Shown here: positions 59,259 through 64,000 of the stretch, piece after piece
Numbering within the stretch: the stretch's first letter is position 1
How the letters are laid out: each line of letters starts with the position of its first letter
NCBI GenBank assembly: GCA_964035575.1
Contig: OZ037838.1
Coordinates: forward strand, 1,240,001-1,304,000
From: Rhynchopus sp. YZ270_cl-10
Taxonomy: Eukaryota
Reading direction: 5' to 3'
DNA: 64,000 bases
Program-made: the position numbers and the translations under genes
The notes under the pieces: model-generated
Database searches by the model: none
What the model was told of the DNA's origin: nothing
The model's input: only the letters and a program-made list of their open reading frames with translations

Positions 59259-60341
59259 ATGATGGATGTGACCTTTGCGCTGGAAGAGTCAGGCGTGACT
59301 GCGACAGTGGAGGTGCCGTGCGAGGCGGACGTTGCAGCGGCAAAGGAGGTTGCGTGCACGGCGCTTGCTGTCTCGCCTGCGTCTGTCGAGATGCGCATCG
59401 GCACGCAGGTGCTGGAGGGGACGTGCCGTCTGCAGGACACTGCGTTTGATGCAGGGGTGCAGGTTGTGCTTGCCCGCCCTCGCTTTGCCGACATCAAGTG
59501 TCCTGCTGAGTACAGTGCAAAGATGGATGCAGAATACTTGTCGCTGTCGCGTTGTGGAACGCTCTGCCTCTCCAGTGATAGCGGACATGTTCGTGGCTTT
59601 GACACAGAAACCTTTGTCAAGGTCTTTGACTTCACAATGGCCTATCGTCAGTACCGTGCGCCTGCCATCTCGCAGTGCAAGACACGCCACTACATGGCTT
59701 GTAGGGATCACCTTCTCGCGCTGCGTATTGTTCCGGGGGAGGTGCTCCGCAAAGTCGACGACATCTCGATAGCAGTGTTCGCGTGTGGCGGTGTTGTTGT
59801 CTCGAAGGGAGTCAACGGCGTCTCTGTGTATGACGAAGACCTGACGTTGCTCCGCTCTCTCTTGCATATGCGGTGCAGGCGTGTGGCAGTGTCGGACTGT
59901 GGTGGGTGGGTGATCACCTCCTCCATGAGGGAGAGGGACGTACGTCTGTGGGATGTGAACACAGGTGAAGCTGTGGCATGTGTGCCTATCGAGGAGGAAA
60001 AGCACGAAGTAGCGCTTTCACGGTCTGCCTCTGTCTTTGCTGTGGGGGACTCTCACGAAGTACGGCTCTATGACTGGAGTGGTGAGGCTCTTCGCAGTGT
60101 TGATGTGGGTGGGGATATCGACGACATGCACTTCACACCATGTGGGAAGTACCTTGTGGTCAATGTTTTCAGTCGCCGAAGTGCTAAGCTGGAACAGTAC
60201 GATATGGCGACCCTTTCCTGTGTGCGTGTATTCACGGAAATAGGACGTATCGGGTTTGTGATATCGCCCTGTTCACGTGTCGTTGTGTTTCCGTCCAAAA
60301 ACCGCCAAAGCATTGTGACACGCCACCTGTACCCAGAATAG
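59259..60341 (+). CDS. Ubl + WD40-like propeller family, copy 12
   Basis: ATG of MMDVTF at 59259; intact ORF. Confidence 0.92.
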   Translation: MMDVTFALEESGVTATVEVPCEADVAAAKEVACTALAVSPASVEMRIGTQVLEGTCRLQDTAFDAGVQVVLARPRFADIKCPAEYSAKMDAEYLSLSRCGTLCLSSDSGHVRGFDTETFVKVFDFTMAYRQYRAPAISQCKTRHYMACRDHLLALRIVPGEVLRKVDDISIAVFACGGVVVSKGVNGVSVYDEDLTLLRSLLHMRCRRVAVSDCGGWVITSSMRERDVRLWDVNTGEAVACVPIEEEKHEVALSRSASVFAVGDSHEVRLYDWSGEALRSVDVGGDIDDMHFTPCGKYLVVNVFSRRSAKLEQYDMATLSCVRVFTEIGRIGFVISPCSRVVVFPSKNRQSIVTRHLYPE

Positions 60342-61364
60342 TTGGTGCCTGCGTGTGACGTTAGCCCTGTGCCACCAGAGTCGTCTACACCAGGAGCTCT
60401 GTCTTTGCTGTGGACATATTCATATGGCCCTCTGTGTGTAGCTTTCATTTTGTGTCCCCAGAACTTTTACCCAACCCCATCCCTCGTCCCCTCTCTACAC
60501 TTTTTGGTCTAATGTGTTAGTACAGGAGGACTATTTATCTTGCAAGGTTTTTGTTCGTTGGTTCCTAGTGGAAATCAAACATCATTTCCCTCTTCATGTG
60601 TGTGTTTTGTGCCTTTTGTGTTGTAGAAGGAAGTGTGCAGGGTTGGACCCCTGTCATGATAAAAGCCAGGAACCAGAGAGCGACTCATAGGCCTGAGTAG
60701 GGGGGTGGCGATGGCCCCCATCACTTCGTTCTGACACCCCAAAAAATGCTCGAGAGTCTCGTTCCTCTTTGCTTGTTGCTCAAAAGACTATAAACGGGGG
60801 GAAAAAAAATTGTTTGTTGTTCGCTTCCACAACGAAAAACACAGCTGCCAAAAAGGACAAAATAGTACAAAATAATACGTTAGAAAGTATTAGTGTGAGT
60901 GATAGACGTTGTTGCCATGGTATCCCGCCTCGACCTCAGAGGAAGGTGTTTTTGACACGGCAATCAGTATCGGTCTGCGAATCAAATTGAAAACGGCGTG
61001 TTTGCGCTTCATATCGCAGAGGATAGAGAAACTGAAAATCCATGAAAATACAAAACTGATGATGCCTCAGCAGGGCAAGTGAGCCAAAGGATGGTGGCCA
61101 AGTTCAAAAGGAACACACCATCACAATAGCCATTCGACAAAACAAGGTCACATTGGAATATAAAACCCTTTTGTGGGATAGTGTCAGCAACACAAAAAGA
61201 CACCACCCCTCTTTTTTATCTCGTACCGCAGAACTTCTACCCCAACCCAAAACAACGACCCCCATCCCTCGTCCCCTCTTTCCACGTGTCCACCCTCTCA
61301 GCTCCTTCAACTGTCCACCCAACAGAACATTAAATTGCATCACACCAACACAGCTCTTGAAACA

Positions 61365-62501
61365 ATGATGGATGTGACCTTTGTGCTGGAAGAGTCAGGC
61401 GTGACTGCGACAGTGGAGGTGCCGTGCGAGGCGGACATTGCAGCGGCAAAGGAGGTTGCGTGCACGGCGCTTGCTGTCTCGCCTGCGTCTGTCGAGATGC
61501 GCATCGGCACGCAGGTGCTGGAGGGGACGTGCCGTCTGCAGGACACTGCGTTTGATGCAGGAGTGCAGGTTGTGCTTGCCCGCCGCTTTGCCGACATCAA
61601 GTGTCCTGCTGAGCACACTGCAACGCATAGGAGACGCTTGTCGCTGTCGCGCTGTGGCACGCTCTGCATCTATGGTGAGTGGGGTGGGCATGTTGGCGGC
61701 TTCGACACAGAAACCTTCGAAACTGTCTTCTCGTTTGGACTGGGCATTCGCGTGGTTAGTGCGCCTGTCCTCTCACGGTGCAAAACACGCTGCTACGTGT
61801 CGTGCACGGAAAAAAGCCTTCAAGGGGGTTGCCTTCTCAAAGTTGCGCTTCCGGGTGGGGAGGTGCTCCGCAAGCTCGACGGCCCTTCGTTCATAGTGTA
61901 CGCGTGTGGCGGTGTTGTTGTCTCCTGTGGCGAACAAGATAGCGTCTCTGTGTATGACGAAGACCTGACGTTGCTCCGCTCTTTCTCGCACGAAGGGTGC
62001 ACCCAGTGGGGCGGGAGCATGGCAGTGTCGGACTGTGGTGGGTGGGTGCTCACGTGCTCCAAAAGTGAGAACAACGCACGTCTGTGGGATGTGAACACAG
62101 GTGAAGCTGTGGCATGTGTGCCTATGTCAAGGTGCGTTGTAGCGCTTTCAAGGTCTGCCTCTGTCTTTGCTGTGGGGGTCGATGTGGATGGGGTACAGAG
62201 TGTGCAGCTCTACGACTGGAGTGGTGCGGCTCTTCAGAACGCTACTATCTCTGGAAGTGTCTGTGGCGTGCAATTCACCCAGTGTGGGAAGTACCTTGTG
62301 GCCCGTTCGCAAGATTATGCTGATAAAGGCTCATACGCAAAGCTGCACCAGTATGATGTGGCGACCATGTCCTGTGTACTTGTGATCCCGGACGTCAGCA
62401 ATCAGCCATTTGCGATATCACCGTGTTCGTGTGTGGTTGTGTTCGTATCCTCCGACGAGACCACTATTAGGACAAGACATCTGTACCCCCACAACGAGTG
62501 A
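61365..62501 (+). CDS. Ubl + WD40-like propeller family, copy 13
   Basis: ATG of MMDVTF at 61365; intact ORF. Confidence 0.92.
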   Translation: MMDVTFVLEESGVTATVEVPCEADIAAAKEVACTALAVSPASVEMRIGTQVLEGTCRLQDTAFDAGVQVVLARRFADIKCPAEHTATHRRRLSLSRCGTLCIYGEWGGHVGGFDTETFETVFSFGLGIRVVSAPVLSRCKTRCYVSCTEKSLQGGCLLKVALPGGEVLRKLDGPSFIVYACGGVVVSCGEQDSVSVYDEDLTLLRSFSHEGCTQWGGSMAVSDCGGWVLTCSKSENNARLWDVNTGEAVACVPMSRCVVALSRSASVFAVGVDVDGVQSVQLYDWSGAALQNATISGSVCGVQFTQCGKYLVARSQDYADKGSYAKLHQYDVATMSCVLVIPDVSNQPFAISPCSCVVVFVSSDETTIRTRHLYPHNE

Positions 62502-62922
62502 TGTTCATGCTTTGGCACCATGTGAAATGGGTGTGGTGACTTACCCCCTTGTATTCCGTGGAGGCGGAAGAACTGGTGTCGTCAACAGAAGCCTGCGTCT
62601 TGCCACCACACACCTATCCAGTGATGGCAGATCTGCATCCACGAGCAAGACACCGCAGACCACCTTGTCGCAGCCGAACACCACATCGCCTCCCGCCAGG
62701 CCGCCCTCGTCGCCCTCCACACAGAGATGTGCGCCATGGTGAGACCCATTCATGTCCTCACTGCTGTTTATTTTTGTCCTGTACCCCAGAACTTCTACCC
62801 CAACCCAAAACAACGACCCCCATCCCTCGTCCCCTCTTTCCACGTGTGCACCCTCTCAGCTCCTTCAACTGTCCACCCAACAGAACATTCAATTGCATCA
62901 CACCAACACAGCTCTTGAAACA

Positions 62923-64000
62923 ATGATGGATGTGACCTTTGTGCTGGAAGAGTCAGGCGTGACTGCGACAGTGGAGGTGCCGTGCGGGGCAGACGCTGCA
63001 GCGGCAAAGGAGGTTGCGTGCACGGCGCTTGCTGTCTCGCCTGCGTCTGTCGAGATGCGCATCGGCACGCAGGTGCTGGAGGGGACGTGCCGTCTGCAGG
63101 ACACTGCGTTTGGTGCAGGGGTGCAGGTTGTGCTTGCCCGCCCTCGCTTTGCTGACATCAAGTGTCCTGCTGAGTACAGCGCGGATGGGGGCGCGACGTA
63201 TATGTCGCTGTCACGTTGTGGAACGGTCTGCGTTTTTGTGCACTGGAATGGGCTTGTTGAAGGTTTCGACACAGAAACCTTCGACACTGTCTTCTCGTTT
63301 GGAGTGAGAGGTATAGAATGCGCTTTGATGGTACGCGGTGCGCCTGTCATCTCGGTTCACGGTCCACCTGCCATCTCACGGTGCATGACACGCTGCTACC
63401 TGGCGTGTGCGCATCACCTTCTCGAGGTTGCGCTTCCGGGTGGGGAGGTGCTCCGCAAAGTCGAAGGCTCCTCGATGGCAGTGTTCGCGTGTGGCAGTGT
63501 TGTTGTCTCAAAGGGCAAAGACGGCGTCTCTGTGTATGACGAAGACCTGACGTTGCTCCGCTTTCTCTCGCACGAAGGGTGTGAGGGTGAGGCAGTATCG
63601 GACTGTGGTGGGTGGGTGATCACCTCCTCCCTCACTGAGATGAAGGTACGTCTGTGGGATGTGAACACAGGTGAAGCTGTGGCATGTGTGCCTGAGGGTG
63701 ACTGGTGTTCAGTGGCGCTTTCACGGTCTGCCTCTGTCTTTGCTGTGGGGGTGGACAACACCGTGCACCTCTATGACTGGAGTGGTGCGGCTCTTCGCAG
63801 TATTGATGTAGGTGGGGTTGTCGTTGTCATGCAGTTCACCCCGTCTGGGAAGTACCTTGTGGTGGGGATACATGATGACGAAGATCCTCATTATACACAC
63901 CTGCACCAGTATGATGTGGCGACCATGTCTTGTGTGAGTGAACTGCAATGCTCATTTGAGTCATTTGCGATATCGCCATGTTCACGTGTTGTTGTGGTAT
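62923..64000 (+). CDS. Ubl + WD40-like propeller family, copy 14 (runs off the window end, so absent from the ORF track)
   Basis: ATG ATG GAT GTG at 62923; family motifs continue to FAISPCSRVVV at the window end. Confidence 0.9.
   Translation, partial: MMDVTFVLEESGVTATVEVPCGADAAAAKEVACTALAVSPASVEMRIGTQVLEGTCRLQDTAFGAGVQVVLARPRFADIKCPAEYSADGGATYMSLSRCGTVCVFVHWNGLVEGFDTETFDTVFSFGVRGIECALMVRGAPVISVHGPPAISRCMTRCYLACAHHLLEVALPGGEVLRKVEGSSMAVFACGSVVVSKGKDGVSVYDEDLTLLRFLSHEGCEGEAVSDCGGWVITSSLTEMKVRLWDVNTGEAVACVPEGDWCSVALSRSASVFAVGVDNTVHLYDWSGAALRSIDVGGVVVVMQFTPSGKYLVVGIHDDEDPHYTHLHQYDVATMSCVSELQCSFESFAISPCSRVVVV

Overview
Eukaryotic genomic window. All recognisable host genes lie on the + strand and short GT-AG introns are present; this and a gag-YR-RT retroelement are compatible with a euglenozoan such as a diplonemid, but the taxon is only an inference. 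The dominant feature is a dispersed tandem array of 14 intronless paralogues (2 cut by the window edges, 3 frameshifted). Each encodes a near-invariant N-terminal ubiquitin-like domain fused to a predicted 7-bladed WD40-like beta-propeller. The propeller framework is constant, while loops predicted to form one face are hypervariable and shuffled between copies, which suggests a diversifying receptor/adaptor repertoire. The array is interrupted by a multi-pass membrane protein gene, a transposon island (about 18-30.3 kb), a DxD glycosyltransferase-like gene and a spliced BLTP1/KIAA1109/Csf1-like gene (42.2-58.0 kb) carrying an SH3b-like insert. The island contains an apparently intact 7.1 kb tyrosine-recombinase retrotransposon with split direct repeats, a 200 bp non-autonomous derivative of it, a deleted hAT element, MITEs and a 1.2 kb foldback. 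A 28S rRNA fragment joined to a 1 kb (GAAA)n tract and other microsatellites are also present. All assignments come from reading motifs by eye; no searches were run.
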